A DNA stretch of 64,000 bases from Promethearchaeota archaeon (GTDB lineage: Archaea > Asgardarchaeota > Lokiarchaeia > Sigyniarchaeales > SOKP01). The position numbers and the translations under genes are program-made. How positions within the stretch are numbered: the stretch's first letter is position 1; each line of letters starts with the position of its first letter. The notes under the pieces were generated by a model that was not told where the DNA came from, did no database searches, and saw only the letters and a program-made list of their open reading frames with translations. Positions 19,408 to 30,470 of the stretch are shown here, piece after piece. The DNA lies in NCBI GenBank assembly GCA_048938005.1, contig JBHLMQ010000012.1:1-64000 (forward strand), read 5' to 3'.

Positions 19408-19522
19408 TATTAACCAGATAAATTTATTTATCTAAATTCTAATTCCATAATTTAGACCTTAATTTACACTTTTTGATTTTCTAAATCTTTTTGAAAAATA
19501 AATTGTGGAAATTTAGATAAAA

Positions 19523-20938
19523 TTAATTACCACCTTTAAATTCCTCATATAAATCGTCATGAATAATATTTATTGCATCAACTAATTTGTCTCTCTCAAT
19601 AACTATTGATAAATTTAACTCATCATAGCTTTGGGAAATAGCTTTAACCTTTATGTTTTTTTTATCTAGTGCGTTAAAAATTTCTGCTTTAGTTTTAGTT
19701 TCAAGAATTTTAAGACCAGTTATATTAATTACAGCAACGTGCTCCCAATTAATCTTAAAGAAATCAGAAAAGAATTTTGAACTTCTTAAGGCAGCTATTG
19801 CTTTCTCAGAGTCTTCTTCTCTTATAATAAAAGATGTACTTATTTCAGAGGAGCTTTGGGCTACTAACGAAACACTAATCTTATTTTTGCTCATAACTTT
19901 AAAAATTTTAGCCAAGACACCAGGGACATCCACCATACTACCAGAAATTATAGTTATAATTGTAGCAAATTCAACAGCAGAAATTCCCTTAATTTGTTCC
20001 TTATCTGTTAATTCAGAGATCTCTGTAAAGTCCTTTTCTAATGGTTTATCAAAATTTCTTATTTCTAATGGGATTTTATGCTTTTCAATGGCCTCCAAAC
20101 ATTTCGGATGGAGTATTTTAGCGCCAAAATTAGCAATATGTTTAGCTTCATCATAATCCAAATTTTTTATCAGAGAAGAGTGAGCTAAATATTTTGGATC
20201 TATCGCTAATAGACCATCAACATTTTTCCATAAAATTATTCTAATATTTTTATCATCTCCTACATCATATAAGGTTCGTGCTAAAATGGTCGCTGTATAA
20301 TCAGAACCCCCTCTCCCGAGAGTTGTAATATATCCTATTTTATTTCTTCCAATAAAACCAGTTAAACAAACTATAGTATTTTTATTGGGATTTTCTAAAA
20401 GTGGAACTAATAATCTTTTAATGCGAGAATTTGTTAAACTATACAATGGATATGCGTTATTAAATTCATCATTAGTAATAATCAACTTATTTGCTGGAAT
20501 GAATACAGAATCTAACCCATTGTTTAAAAGATATTGATTTAATATATAGGTAGATATTATCTCTCCAAAACTCAATATATAATCTTTATAATAAGGTTCT
20601 AATCCAAATTCTTTAATATCTGAAAATGCATCCTCTAACTCACTTAATTTATGATCGATCCAATCCTTTGCTTTAACATAATGTTCAGAATCTTCAGGAA
20701 ATATTTGCTCAATTATATCTATATGCTTTTTTTCGATTAATGCTATGTTTTTATCAGTTTCTTTGTCATCTTCTAAGGTGTAGGCTGTTTTTTGAAGTAA
20801 GTCTGTAATTCCACTCAGAGCGGAAGCAACATAAACTTTCTTTACTTCACTATAAATATTTGTAATATTTAAAATCTTTTTGAATGCATCTTCATCAATA
20901 AGACAAGAACCCCCGAATTTCATAATAATTATCGGCAT
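19523..20938 (-). CDS. lysC: Aspartate kinase with two ACT domains
   Basis: KFGGS, TTLGRGGSDYTA, FGAKILHP, C-terminal ACT repeats. Confidence 0.93.
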   Translation of the reverse strand: MPIIIMKFGGSCLIDEDAFKKILNITNIYSEVKKVYVASALSGITDLLQKTAYTLEDDKETDKNIALIEKKHIDIIEQIFPEDSEHYVKAKDWIDHKLSELEDAFSDIKEFGLEPYYKDYILSFGEIISTYILNQYLLNNGLDSVFIPANKLIITNDEFNNAYPLYSLTNSRIKRLLVPLLENPNKNTIVCLTGFIGRNKIGYITTLGRGGSDYTATILARTLYDVGDDKNIRIILWKNVDGLLAIDPKYLAHSSLIKNLDYDEAKHIANFGAKILHPKCLEAIEKHKIPLEIRNFDKPLEKDFTEISELTDKEQIKGISAVEFATIITIISGSMVDVPGVLAKIFKVMSKNKISVSLVAQSSSEISTSFIIREEDSEKAIAALRSSKFFSDFFKINWEHVAVINITGLKILETKTKAEIFNALDKKNIKVKAISQSYDELNLSIVIERDKLVDAINIIHDDLYEEFKGGN

Positions 20939-21070
20939 AATACTCGTACCTTTCTTTTAAAGTTCTAATTGTTCTAAATATTAAATAATAATTATAGTTA
21001 ATTGGTTAAATCTTATTCATTCATTTTTTTTTAAATAAAAATAAAATGATATTATTAATTCATAATAGTA

Positions 21071-21943
21071 ATGATCGATCTCCATCTACATTCAGCAGTT
21101 TCTGATGGTTCAGATACGCCTTCACAATTAATAGATTTAGCACTTGAACTGAATTTAACAGCAATTGCTTTAACAGACCATGATACAGTAGCGGGTATAG
21201 AACAATTTTTATCATATGGAGAATTGAACAAAATAATTGTAATTCCTGGTATTGAGATTTCAATAAGACATGAGCCTAAAAGAGAATTAATAGATGTTCA
21301 TATTATTGGACTTAACATCGATCATTCTTCTACAGGTTTGCTAAATGTGATTAATGATCAGATTAAAGGGAGATTAGAACAGAAAAAAACAATCTGTAAA
21401 CGCTTAAAACAGGAACTTGGATATGATATTTCATTTGAAGATGTAAAAGATCTAGCAGGAGGTAAGATTATAGGTCGTCCTCATATTGTTGAGATTATGA
21501 AGAGAAATAATCCTAAGAAAGTTGAAGGAAAATCCAAAAATGATTTATTCAAATTGATTAGTATTGGTGGTGCAGCATATGTAGATCGAAAAGTTGAGTT
21601 AAACCTTGAAGAATCTATTGAGTTAATTAAATCTGCTGGTGGTATTCCAATTTTGGCGCATCCAGGAATTCATTTAGTTTTAGATAGAAAAAAATTTGTA
21701 GAATTGTGCATTGAAGCTGGGATTGAAGGCATTGAGGTAGAATATACATATGCTAAAAATAGACCTTTTTATGAAACAGAAAAAGAAATCTGGGCTCAGA
21801 ATTACCTTCCTGATTACTATAGAAAAATTGCTGAAAAATTTAATCTCATTAAATCTGGTGGTTCTGATTATCATGGAAGAAAAAAAAAGATTAAAATCGG
21901 AGAAGCAGGTGTACCAGATAGTTACTTAAAAAGTTTTATTTGA
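21071..21943 (+). CDS. PHP-domain metallophosphoesterase (TrpH/YciV-like)
   Basis: DLHLHS..SDG, TDHD, GRPH, LAHP, GGSDYHG. Confidence 0.9.
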   Translation: MIDLHLHSAVSDGSDTPSQLIDLALELNLTAIALTDHDTVAGIEQFLSYGELNKIIVIPGIEISIRHEPKRELIDVHIIGLNIDHSSTGLLNVINDQIKGRLEQKKTICKRLKQELGYDISFEDVKDLAGGKIIGRPHIVEIMKRNNPKKVEGKSKNDLFKLISIGGAAYVDRKVELNLEESIELIKSAGGIPILAHPGIHLVLDRKKFVELCIEAGIEGIEVEYTYAKNRPFYETEKEIWAQNYLPDYYRKIAEKFNLIKSGGSDYHGRKKKIKIGEAGVPDSYLKSFI

Positions 21944-21960
21944 AGTAAGATTTCATTATC

Positions 21961-23799
21961 CTAATTATTTAAAAGTTTTTGTAATTTTTGAATTTGCTGC
22001 TCAATCTTTTTTACATATTCACTAACTTTTTCCTTTTTCTCTTTAAGTTCATCTTTAGTTATTTCTCCTGTAAGTTCTTTCATCTCAAAATCCAAAGACA
22101 TCTTGGTAAGATTCGCTTTTTTAATTTTAAGTTCTAATAACGACTTTTTTAAATCATCTTTTTGTTGAGTATCCATAATTATAGGTTCCTGTTTTACTTT
22201 GCTAATTACTTCAGAAGTGATTTTATCTACTGAATTTACCGTTGTTTTTGGAATTTTCAATTTCTTAGATTCAGGTATACTTGTTTTAACTTTTTGTTCC
22301 ATTAATCTAATTGGTGAAACTGGTACAGGTGCTTTAAATTCATCAGTATTTTTTACCTGGCTGAATGGTGATATTTTTAATTTAGATTTTGCATCTTTTG
22401 GAACAAATTCTACTGATTTTGGTTTAATTTTTACCATAAAATCTTCGGGATTTAATTTTAAACCAACATTTTCTTTAATAACTCCAGTTTCCTTAGGTTT
22501 AACAATTTCTTTAGTATCTTTAACACTTATTTCAGGCTGAAGTGAATTAATATCAGATTTTGGGATGTGAGGGGATTTATTTAATATAGGTGTTTCTACT
22601 GCTTTCTGTTCGGTCTTTAGTTCTTGATGTATTGATGGAGGTGATTGTGGTGTTATTGTTGATTTTGGTAGAGAAATTGACTTTTCTAATTCTTCTGCTT
22701 TTTTATGAAATACCGGAGCTTGTTGTTCTTCAGGTATTATAGGTACTGCTGGTGTGGGCGGTGGAGCACCTACTTTTTTTAACATATCTTTTATTTTTTG
22801 AGATTTTTCAAAAAATTCTCTTCCCAACGAATCATCTCCTAATTCAATGCATAAATCGCTAATTTTATCGAATAAGAATGCAGCTTTATTGAAATCAGCA
22901 TTCTTTAAGGCTTTAACTGCTTCCTCAGTTAATTTATCTCTCTCAAGTAAAGGTTTTAAAAGAGGAGAGACTTCTGCACTCATCTCTAAAATATCTGCAA
23001 TTATTTGAATCATTTTATCACGATTTTTAGGATCTAATGCTATCATAGAATAAGCTTTTAAACCTAACAAATTCTCAATTTGAACGGGATTCATTGCGCT
23101 TTTTAAATCTTGTTTATTTCCTATTACAGCAGACTGAGCATATGGCGCTTGTTCTTTTATTAGTTCTAAGAAATATTTACTTTTTTCAACATTTTCTAGT
23201 GTAGAATCAGTAATCAAAAGAATTGCATCACTACCTTTAATGAAGTTATTCCATAAATAGCTAAATTGCTCTTGTCCTGCAAAATCCCATAAATGAAAAT
23301 GTAATTTTCCAATTCTTATAGTTGCTATATCACCAGTAATTGTGGGAATATGTTGCATTGGAATCTCATCTGCTTTGATCAATCTAGTAATTGTAGTTTT
23401 TCCAACTCCAGAAAATCCAACTAAAGAAATTTTAGGACGTAAATTTCTATGAATTGAATCTATAATAGGATCAAAAACTTCAAAAGTTTTTGCATCAAAA
23501 CGATGTTGTAAAATATCTGCAAATAAATTTAAAAACTCAGTTTTACATTTAACTAATTCTTTTTTAATATTCTCGAATTTATCGGTCAAACTTGACACAA
23601 ATAAAAAAATAAGGTTAGTTTCTTTTTCTGTTATGAAGGATACCCTATATTTATAATAATCATGAAAACCTAATTTAGATTCGCGACTAATCAATGCTTC
23701 GTCAATGATATCTTCTACTAGAAGATTTAAAGCTTCTTGCTTTAACGCTTTACCAAAATGTCTATAATATAGAAGTTCATTGCCTCTGTATATAAACAC
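21961..23799 (-). CDS. Longin-domain / Arf-related small GTPase fusion with helical bundle, Pro-rich linker and C-terminal coiled coil
   Basis: N-terminal longin-like beta/alpha pattern; GFSGVGKT, PTIT, WDFAGQ, GNKQD; true start probably ATT at about 23811. Confidence 0.82.
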   Translation of the reverse strand: MFIYRGNELLYYRHFGKALKQEALNLLVEDIIDEALISRESKLGFHDYYKYRVSFITEKETNLIFLFVSSLTDKFENIKKELVKCKTEFLNLFADILQHRFDAKTFEVFDPIIDSIHRNLRPKISLVGFSGVGKTTITRLIKADEIPMQHIPTITGDIATIRIGKLHFHLWDFAGQEQFSYLWNNFIKGSDAILLITDSTLENVEKSKYFLELIKEQAPYAQSAVIGNKQDLKSAMNPVQIENLLGLKAYSMIALDPKNRDKMIQIIADILEMSAEVSPLLKPLLERDKLTEEAVKALKNADFNKAAFLFDKISDLCIELGDDSLGREFFEKSQKIKDMLKKVGAPPPTPAVPIIPEEQQAPVFHKKAEELEKSISLPKSTITPQSPPSIHQELKTEQKAVETPILNKSPHIPKSDINSLQPEISVKDTKEIVKPKETGVIKENVGLKLNPEDFMVKIKPKSVEFVPKDAKSKLKISPFSQVKNTDEFKAPVPVSPIRLMEQKVKTSIPESKKLKIPKTTVNSVDKITSEVISKVKQEPIIMDTQQKDDLKKSLLELKIKKANLTKMSLDFEMKELTGEITKDELKEKKEKVSEYVKKIEQQIQKLQKLLNN

Positions 23800-23850
23800 T
23801 TGTCTTAGAATAATTTTTCACCAAGATAATTAGGATTTATTTCTAAAAAA

Positions 23851-24342
23851 TTAATTTGAAATATGTTTCACTAAATGTTTAATAATTGAATATTTATCTT
23901 TTCTAACTTTTTCTCGCTCTAAAGTATCTTCTATTTTAGAAATTTCTTTTGAGAAATCGAAGATAGAAAACTCTTTTACTTCTCCTTCCTTACTACTCTC
24001 ACTCAATTTCTTTAAAAAGACGCTAACGCTAGGCATAAATTTTGCTAAATTTACATTTAAATCTAATTTTGAAATTAATATCAATTCTTCACTGAAAGTA
24101 AACAAATAATTATATTTTTGGGCTTCCAGAGCAAAAGAATTTATCCTATTTAATTTTAATTCATTAGCAATTTCCTTAGAATTAGCAATTAGAGATAATA
24201 TCCCTTGGGGAATAATTTTTCCTTTAGCAAATTCCTTAATTAACGATCCAAGTATAATTCCATATTTATTTGCTATAGCACACTCAGCATTTAAGTCAGA
24301 TTTTAATTGGGAAATAATTTCCTCGTATTTAATTTGGTTCAT
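23851..24342 (-). CDS. Roadblock/LC7-like domain protein
   Basis: helix - CAIANKYGIILGS - helix - beta strands - NLAKF helix topology; co-oriented upstream of the GTPase. Confidence 0.65.
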   Translation of the reverse strand: MNQIKYEEIISQLKSDLNAECAIANKYGIILGSLIKEFAKGKIIPQGILSLIANSKEIANELKLNRINSFALEAQKYNYLFTFSEELILISKLDLNVNLAKFMPSVSVFLKKLSESSKEGEVKEFSIFDFSKEISKIEDTLEREKVRKDKYSIIKHLVKHISN

Positions 24343-24455
24343 AGTTAAGAGAAATTTTTTTTACATAAATAATGAAATGCTATTTATTTATATTTGTTTA
24401 GTTATTAGACTCATTATATTACAAATTTTTTAATGATTCCAACATAATTATTGAT

Positions 24456-25253
24456 TTGAAAACTTACAAAACACGTTTTACAGAAAAAGAATCCGATATT
24501 ACTATTATATCTGATTCAAAAAAAGCGATAATGAAGGCAAAAGAGAGTTTTTATTTCCACCGAAAAAATTTAGAGAGATATATAACAAAAGATACGCATT
24601 TTTTAACTTCCTTTTCTCCAGTTAAAGTAAAATCAGACTTAAAAATCATTAATATTATGGCTGAAGTGGCAGAGATCTGTGATGTAGGACCAATGGCCTC
24701 TGTTGCAGGAGCATTAGCAGATCTTATGCTTGACGTGATGATAGTTCAAACTAATAATCAAATTTCCGAATGGATCCCCTGTAAAATTGCTTTAGTAGAA
24801 AATGGAGGAGAAATTGCTATAGATTCTGAAGTACCGATGAAGGTTGCATTATATGCAGGGGAAAATGAATTAAACTTAAATTTAGGTTTTTTAATAAAAA
24901 AAAAAGATTGCCCTATAGGTATTGGAACAAGTTCAGCAACAGTAGGTCATGCAATTAGTTTGGGACAAGCAGATGCGGTTACAATTTTCGCCAAAAATGC
25001 TGCTTTAGCAGATGCAGCGGCCACAAAAGTAGGCAATTATGTTAAGGGAACGGATATTGAAAAATCTATAAAAGCAGGTTTAGACGTTATAGATGAAATA
25101 GATGGTATCATAGGAGCTTTTATTTCTAGGGAAAATAAAGTAGGTCAAACAGGTAAATTACCTCAATTAATAAAGATTGAAGGAGAAAAATATCAGATTA
25201 TGAAAAGGACAAAACAGTTCTTATTCCCTGATGATTTTGAAATTTTTAAATAA
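24456..25253 (+). CDS. UPF0280 (ApbE-superfamily) protein
   Basis: VGPMASVAGA, ENGGEI, TSSATVGHAISLGQADA, ADAAAT. Confidence 0.9.
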   Translation: MKTYKTRFTEKESDITIISDSKKAIMKAKESFYFHRKNLERYITKDTHFLTSFSPVKVKSDLKIINIMAEVAEICDVGPMASVAGALADLMLDVMIVQTNNQISEWIPCKIALVENGGEIAIDSEVPMKVALYAGENELNLNLGFLIKKKDCPIGIGTSSATVGHAISLGQADAVTIFAKNAALADAAATKVGNYVKGTDIEKSIKAGLDVIDEIDGIIGAFISRENKVGQTGKLPQLIKIEGEKYQIMKRTKQFLFPDDFEIFK

Positions 25254-25382
25254 TCCTATATAATTTTTTTCTTTTTCAGTTTTAGAAGAATTTAATAATT
25301 TAGACTATATTTCAGGTCCAAATTCAATAAAATAATTAGTTAAATTACTCCCAATATATCTAGTTGTGTCATTAATGTGGAA

Positions 25383-26495
25383 TTAATTTTGCATTACTTT
25401 ATCTTTAATTATATTAACAATCCTTTGAGAAGTTTTTCCATCCCACTTCTCAATTTGTTGCCCTTTCTTATAAGAATTGGATAAGATCTCATCAAAATAC
25501 ATTTTTAATTTATTAAAATCACTACCTACTAAAGTGTTAGTTCCCATTTCAACTGTAATAGGTCTTTCAGTATTTTTCCTTAATGTTAAAATCGGGATTC
25601 TAAGATAAGATGCTTCCTCTTGAATACCCCCTGAGTCTGTTAAAATAAATTTTGCATTCATCATTAAATTTAGAAATTCCAAATAACCTAATGGTTTAAT
25701 TAAAATTATGTTAGATTTATTAAGTTCATTTTCTAAATTGAATTTTTCTAGATTTTTTTGAGTTCTTGGATGAACAGGAAAAACTATTTTGATTTTAGAT
25801 TGGATATAATTCAAAATTTCGACAACTTTTTCTAGATCTCTTTTATTATCTACATTTGATGGTCGATGAATAGTTATTAATCCATAAGAATCAAAGAATA
25901 AATCCAATTCTTTATAGTAATTGTTGTTTCGAGCCTTTTCTAGATTTCTAATTAAATTATCAATCATTATATTTCCAACAAAAAAAACTTTGCTTGAATC
26001 GATTCCTTCATTTTCTAAATTAAGTAGACCACTTCTTTCTGTTACAAATAAATAATCTGCTATCTGATCTGTTAACTTTCTGTTTATTTCTTCAGGCATT
26101 TTAAAATCAAAACTTCTTAATCCTGCTTCAATATGAGCTAATTCTATGAATTGCTTCTTGGCAACTAAGGCACAAGCAATAGTTGAGTTGACATCACCCA
26201 CAACTATAACTAATTTTGGTTTTTCTTTCAAAGCAACCTTCTCAAATTCAATCATTATCTTTGCAGTTTGAATTGCATGTGACCCTGAGCCTACATTAAG
26301 GAAATAATCTGGTTTTGGTATTCCTAAGTTATCAAAAAAGATTTTGGACATATTATAATCATAATGTTGCCCAGTATGAATTAATTTAAATCTAATTTTT
26401 TGTTTTTTAAATTCTTTAATTAAAGGAGCAATTTTCATAAAGTTGGGTCTTGCACCTCCAATAATCAAAATGTCATTAGTCATTTTTAATATCAT
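25383..26495 (-). CDS. wecB: UDP-N-acetylglucosamine 2-epimerase (non-hydrolysing)
   Basis: GARPNFMK, HTGQHY, HIEAGLRS, PEEINR, TDSGGIQEEA, TERP. Confidence 0.93.
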   Translation of the reverse strand: MILKMTNDILIIGGARPNFMKIAPLIKEFKKQKIRFKLIHTGQHYDYNMSKIFFDNLGIPKPDYFLNVGSGSHAIQTAKIMIEFEKVALKEKPKLVIVVGDVNSTIACALVAKKQFIELAHIEAGLRSFDFKMPEEINRKLTDQIADYLFVTERSGLLNLENEGIDSSKVFFVGNIMIDNLIRNLEKARNNNYYKELDLFFDSYGLITIHRPSNVDNKRDLEKVVEILNYIQSKIKIVFPVHPRTQKNLEKFNLENELNKSNIILIKPLGYLEFLNLMMNAKFILTDSGGIQEEASYLRIPILTLRKNTERPITVEMGTNTLVGSDFNKLKMYFDEILSNSYKKGQQIEKWDGKTSQRIVNIIKDKVMQN

Positions 26496-26612
26496 AACTA
26501 TATTCGATTATTTTTTAAAATCTTAGAAATGAAACTTTATAATTAGAATAACTTTAGTATTATCTATTATTAATTAAACATAAAAGTTTTTAATGATTCA
26601 CTCGATTGGCAA

Positions 26613-27785
26613 ATGAAATATCTGCATTTTATGGGTGACCAATTTTATTCAGGAGAGTTTATTGAGGAAATTCAATCTAATTTTAATGTTAAAGAACATC
26701 AATTCATTATAATTAATTATAAGAATAAAAAATTTAACATAAATCCAGAAAAATATCAGAGAATTAAATTTTTTACTTATTCGGGCAATATATTGATTAG
26801 ATTCTTTACTATTAAAAATATTAAGATAAAAAAATTGATGAAAAAAGCTGAGTATATTTTTATTCATTATTTGACAGATGAAATATCTAGACTTTTATTC
26901 AAATTCAGGGGAAAAGCAAAAATAATATGGATAATTTGGGGTGCTGATTTATACGAATACATCCCATTAAAATTGTATGATCGACTTACAGCAGAAAAAT
27001 TGGATTATAAAGTAATTTCGATGCTTAAAAGAATCTATTATTCTTTTCATGATGAGATCCGAAAAATGGTAATAAAAAATCTTGATTATATTATTTCTCC
27101 ATACAAAGGGGATATTCGATTATTTAAAAAATATTTTAAAAATAAGGCAGAAAGTTTTCCTCTAAATATTTATAAAAATCCAGTTGATTTTGAAGAGATT
27201 GATAAAGAAGCTGATTCCATTGATAAGAAGTTTAATTTTAAAAAAAGTGGCTATAAGCTACTGTTACTTGGCAATTCCGGAACACCAACAAATAATCATC
27301 TCGATACAATGATACGATTATCTAAAATGAAAGAACAAAATTTTAAAATTATCTGCCCACTCTCTTATGGCTCACCGTTTTATATCAAAAAGATTATCAA
27401 AAATGGTAAAAAGCTTTTTGGAGATCGATTTATTACTTTGCTGGAATTTTTAAGTCCAGATATTTATTACCATATCTTAAAACAGATTGATCTTGCGATT
27501 ATGTACCATAATCGGCAACAAGGGATGGGAACCATACAAATTCTTGTATATTTAGGGAAACCTATATGTATGAAAAAAACTTCAGCATTTTTTTATCTTA
27601 AAGAAAGAGGGATAATAGTTTTCTCAACTCAAGATTTAGAAAAATTAATTTTAAATGAAATTGAATTTACTGAAGATATGTCGAAAAATAATAAAAAAAT
27701 CGCATCTAACTATTTTTCAAAAAAATCAGCGATATCATCTATAAAAAACCTTTTAAATCTCATAGAAGCAAGAAACACTGGATGA
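26613..27785 (+). CDS. GT56 WecF/RffT-like 4-acetamido-4,6-dideoxyhexose transferase
   Basis: WGADLY, LLGNSG..TNNH, CPLSYG, HNRQQGMG motifs of the WecF family. Confidence 0.8.
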   Translation: MKYLHFMGDQFYSGEFIEEIQSNFNVKEHQFIIINYKNKKFNINPEKYQRIKFFTYSGNILIRFFTIKNIKIKKLMKKAEYIFIHYLTDEISRLLFKFRGKAKIIWIIWGADLYEYIPLKLYDRLTAEKLDYKVISMLKRIYYSFHDEIRKMVIKNLDYIISPYKGDIRLFKKYFKNKAESFPLNIYKNPVDFEEIDKEADSIDKKFNFKKSGYKLLLLGNSGTPTNNHLDTMIRLSKMKEQNFKIICPLSYGSPFYIKKIIKNGKKLFGDRFITLLEFLSPDIYYHILKQIDLAIMYHNRQQGMGTIQILVYLGKPICMKKTSAFFYLKERGIIVFSTQDLEKLILNEIEFTEDMSKNNKKIASNYFSKKSAISSIKNLLNLIEARNTG

Positions 27786-27868
27786 GGTTTTGGAGGGGAA
27801 ATTAAATAAAAAAATTAAAAGTAAACCGCGAAATAATTAAATTAAACCTAAAAAACAATTAAATAATT

Positions 27869-28540
27869 ATGCTAAATAAACTTTATAAGAGGTTCCAAAA
27901 ATTAGTTAATTTGTTTGGATATAACTTACTAATAAGCAGAATTAAAGTTAATTTTAATACAAATTTCGCACACCAAGTGAATTTATCTCAAAAAAATATT
28001 GAACATCTCAAAATAGTACTTAACAGAGATATATTATTGAATTACCTCCCTAAAAATGGCATAATTGCCGAACTAGGCGTTGACAAAGGAGATTTTTCAA
28101 ATAAAATTATAACTATCACACATCCAAAAAAACTCTACTTAATAGATATATGGGATTCAGAAGTACATAATAGAAATAAAATGCTTTATGTTAAAAAAAG
28201 ATTCAAAGAAGAAATAAATGCAGGGCAAGTTATAGTAATCAGAGGTGCCTCCGAGAAAGAATTAGGGAAATTTGAAAATGGGTATTTTGACTGGGTGTAT
28301 ATCGATACATCTCATAATTACAAACAAACAATAAAAGAACTAGATTTATGTCGAATAAAAGTAAAAGATGGAGGAATAATAGCAGGTCATGATTATTGTC
28401 AAGGTAATATTAATGAAGCGCTAGCATATGGCGTTGTACAAGCTGTAAATCAATTTTGTATAGAATATGATTGGGAACTTATTTATCTAACTCATGAAAC
28501 TGATAGAACTTTGAGTTTCGCAATAAAAAAAATAAATTGA
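27869..28540 (+). CDS. Class I SAM methyltransferase (Methyltransf_24-like; probable glycan O-methyltransferase)
   Basis: AELGVDKGDFS, YLIDIW, DWVYIDTSH, GGIIAGHDY. Confidence 0.85.
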   Translation: MLNKLYKRFQKLVNLFGYNLLISRIKVNFNTNFAHQVNLSQKNIEHLKIVLNRDILLNYLPKNGIIAELGVDKGDFSNKIITITHPKKLYLIDIWDSEVHNRNKMLYVKKRFKEEINAGQVIVIRGASEKELGKFENGYFDWVYIDTSHNYKQTIKELDLCRIKVKDGGIIAGHDYCQGNINEALAYGVVQAVNQFCIEYDWELIYLTHETDRTLSFAIKKIN

Positions 28541-28589
28541 AAAAAGGATTCAAGTTAATAAAAAAATTCTATATAAGAAAACAGAAATT

Positions 28590-29720
28590 ATGAAGCAAAT
28601 AAAACCCTTTTATGAACCTATATATATTACAAGACCATTACTAGCTCCACTTAGACAAATCAGGAAAAAAATTAAGGAGATCTGGAAATCCAAATGGCTA
28701 ACAAATATGGGAATTCAGCATCAAAAATTAGAATCAAAATTATTGAAATACTTGGATGTTCAAAATTTAACTCTTTTTTGTAACGGAACATTGGCATTAG
28801 AAATAGCATGTAGGGCTCTAGAATTGAAAGGAGAAGTAATCACCACACCTTTCACATTTCCAGCGACAGTTAATTCGTTATATATTAACAGATTAAAACC
28901 CATTTTTTGTGATATTAAAATTAATGATTTTACTATAAATTCAGATGAAATCACAGAGTTAATAAATCCGAATACTTCAGCTATTATGCCGGTTCATGTT
29001 TTTGGAAATCCTTGTGATATTGAAAAAATTGCTAAGATTGCTAGGAATAATAATTTACATGTTATTTATGATGCAGCACATTGCTTTGGAGTAGAATATA
29101 AAGGTAAAGGCATTGGAAATTTTGGAGATATTAGCATGTTTAGTTTTCATGCCACAAAAATCTTCCATACATTAGAAGGCGGGGCCCTTACATATAATAA
29201 TTCAGAATTAAAAGATACTTTTTATCTTCTGAAAAATTTTGGGATTAATAAAAAAAATATAGAAGAAATTATATTACCAGGAACTAACGCTAAACTTAAT
29301 GAGTTACAAGCAGCTATAGGACTAATAAATTTGAGTTTAATAAAAACGGAAATTGAAAAGCGAAAGTATTTATCATCTATTTATAGAGAAAACCTTAATG
29401 AAGTTGAAGGGATTAAACTTGTAAATGAAAAAAAGGATGTAAAGTATAATTATCAATATTTTCCGATATTAATTGATGAGGGTCAATTTAAGTTTAATAG
29501 AGATCATGTTTTTGAGTATTTAAAGAAATTTAATATATTCTCCCGCAAATATTTTTATCCATTATGTACCAATTATCAATTCTTAAAAGCTTTTATACCA
29601 AGCAACATTCCAAATGCTGAAAAGATATCAAATCAAATCTTGTGTTTACCTTTATATGGAGAGCTAGCTCCACAAGATATAAAGCAAATCTGCGACATAT
29701 TGAAGAGTATAAATAATTAA
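28590..29720 (+). CDS. vioA: DegT/DnrJ PLP aminotransferase, VioA-like (dTDP-4-amino-4,6-dideoxyhexose)
   Basis: IYITRP, NGTLAL, TTPFTF, YDAAH, SFHATK (PLP Lys), RKYFYP. Confidence 0.85.
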   Translation: MKQIKPFYEPIYITRPLLAPLRQIRKKIKEIWKSKWLTNMGIQHQKLESKLLKYLDVQNLTLFCNGTLALEIACRALELKGEVITTPFTFPATVNSLYINRLKPIFCDIKINDFTINSDEITELINPNTSAIMPVHVFGNPCDIEKIAKIARNNNLHVIYDAAHCFGVEYKGKGIGNFGDISMFSFHATKIFHTLEGGALTYNNSELKDTFYLLKNFGINKKNIEEIILPGTNAKLNELQAAIGLINLSLIKTEIEKRKYLSSIYRENLNEVEGIKLVNEKKDVKYNYQYFPILIDEGQFKFNRDHVFEYLKKFNIFSRKYFYPLCTNYQFLKAFIPSNIPNAEKISNQILCLPLYGELAPQDIKQICDILKSINN

Positions 29721-29763
29721 ATCATTAATTTTTAATATTTTATCATAAATTTGAGGAAATCAA

Positions 29764-30342
29764 ATGCATCCTTTAATAAATAAAATAAAATCTTCCATTT
29801 CCTATGGAAGGAAACCTGAAAATCTACATATTTTTGAATTTACTAAAATTATCAATCCTGAATTTTTATTTGTTGGAGATAATGTGATTATTGACGATTT
29901 TTGTTTGCTTTATCCAAAAGAAGATGCTGTAATAGAAATAGGTTCATGGGTTCACATAGCAAGTTTTACATCTATTACAGGAGGGCCTGTTAAAATAGGT
30001 AATTTTTGTGCTATAGCTTCTGGTTCTCGAATTATTGCTGGATCTGACCATTATGCTAACGGAGCTTTAATGAATCCACCAATCCCTGAAAAGTTTAGAA
30101 ATGTTTCAAGAGAAGGGTGCATAATGGAAGATTTCAGCTTTCTCAGTGTTAATACAATTGTTTTTCCGGGAGTTAAAATTAGTGAAGGCGCTGTAATTGG
30201 TGCAGGTTCAATTGTTAGAAAGGATGTTGATCCATGGGGGGTTTATATTATGAAAGATGGGAATATGGTAAAAATAAAGGAACGAGATAAAGCAAAAACC
30301 ATCCAAAATTCGATAAAATTAAAACAGGAGTTAAATTTGTAA
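29764..30342 (+). CDS. Hexapeptide-repeat (LbH) acetyltransferase, VioB-like
   Basis: VIIDDFC, IGSWVHIA, GAVIGAGSIV; follows the vioA-like gene. Confidence 0.8.
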   Translation: MHPLINKIKSSISYGRKPENLHIFEFTKIINPEFLFVGDNVIIDDFCLLYPKEDAVIEIGSWVHIASFTSITGGPVKIGNFCAIASGSRIIAGSDHYANGALMNPPIPEKFRNVSREGCIMEDFSFLSVNTIVFPGVKISEGAVIGAGSIVRKDVDPWGVYIMKDGNMVKIKERDKAKTIQNSIKLKQELNL

Positions 30343-30470
30343 AAATAAAAAAACGAGATTCGCTGTTAATTTATGAATAGAGATGATAGATACTCTCTTA
30401 TAGAGGAAAATGTATTTATACTTTGTAAAAAAATTATGAAATAATATTTTAATTCTTTATCACATTTATT

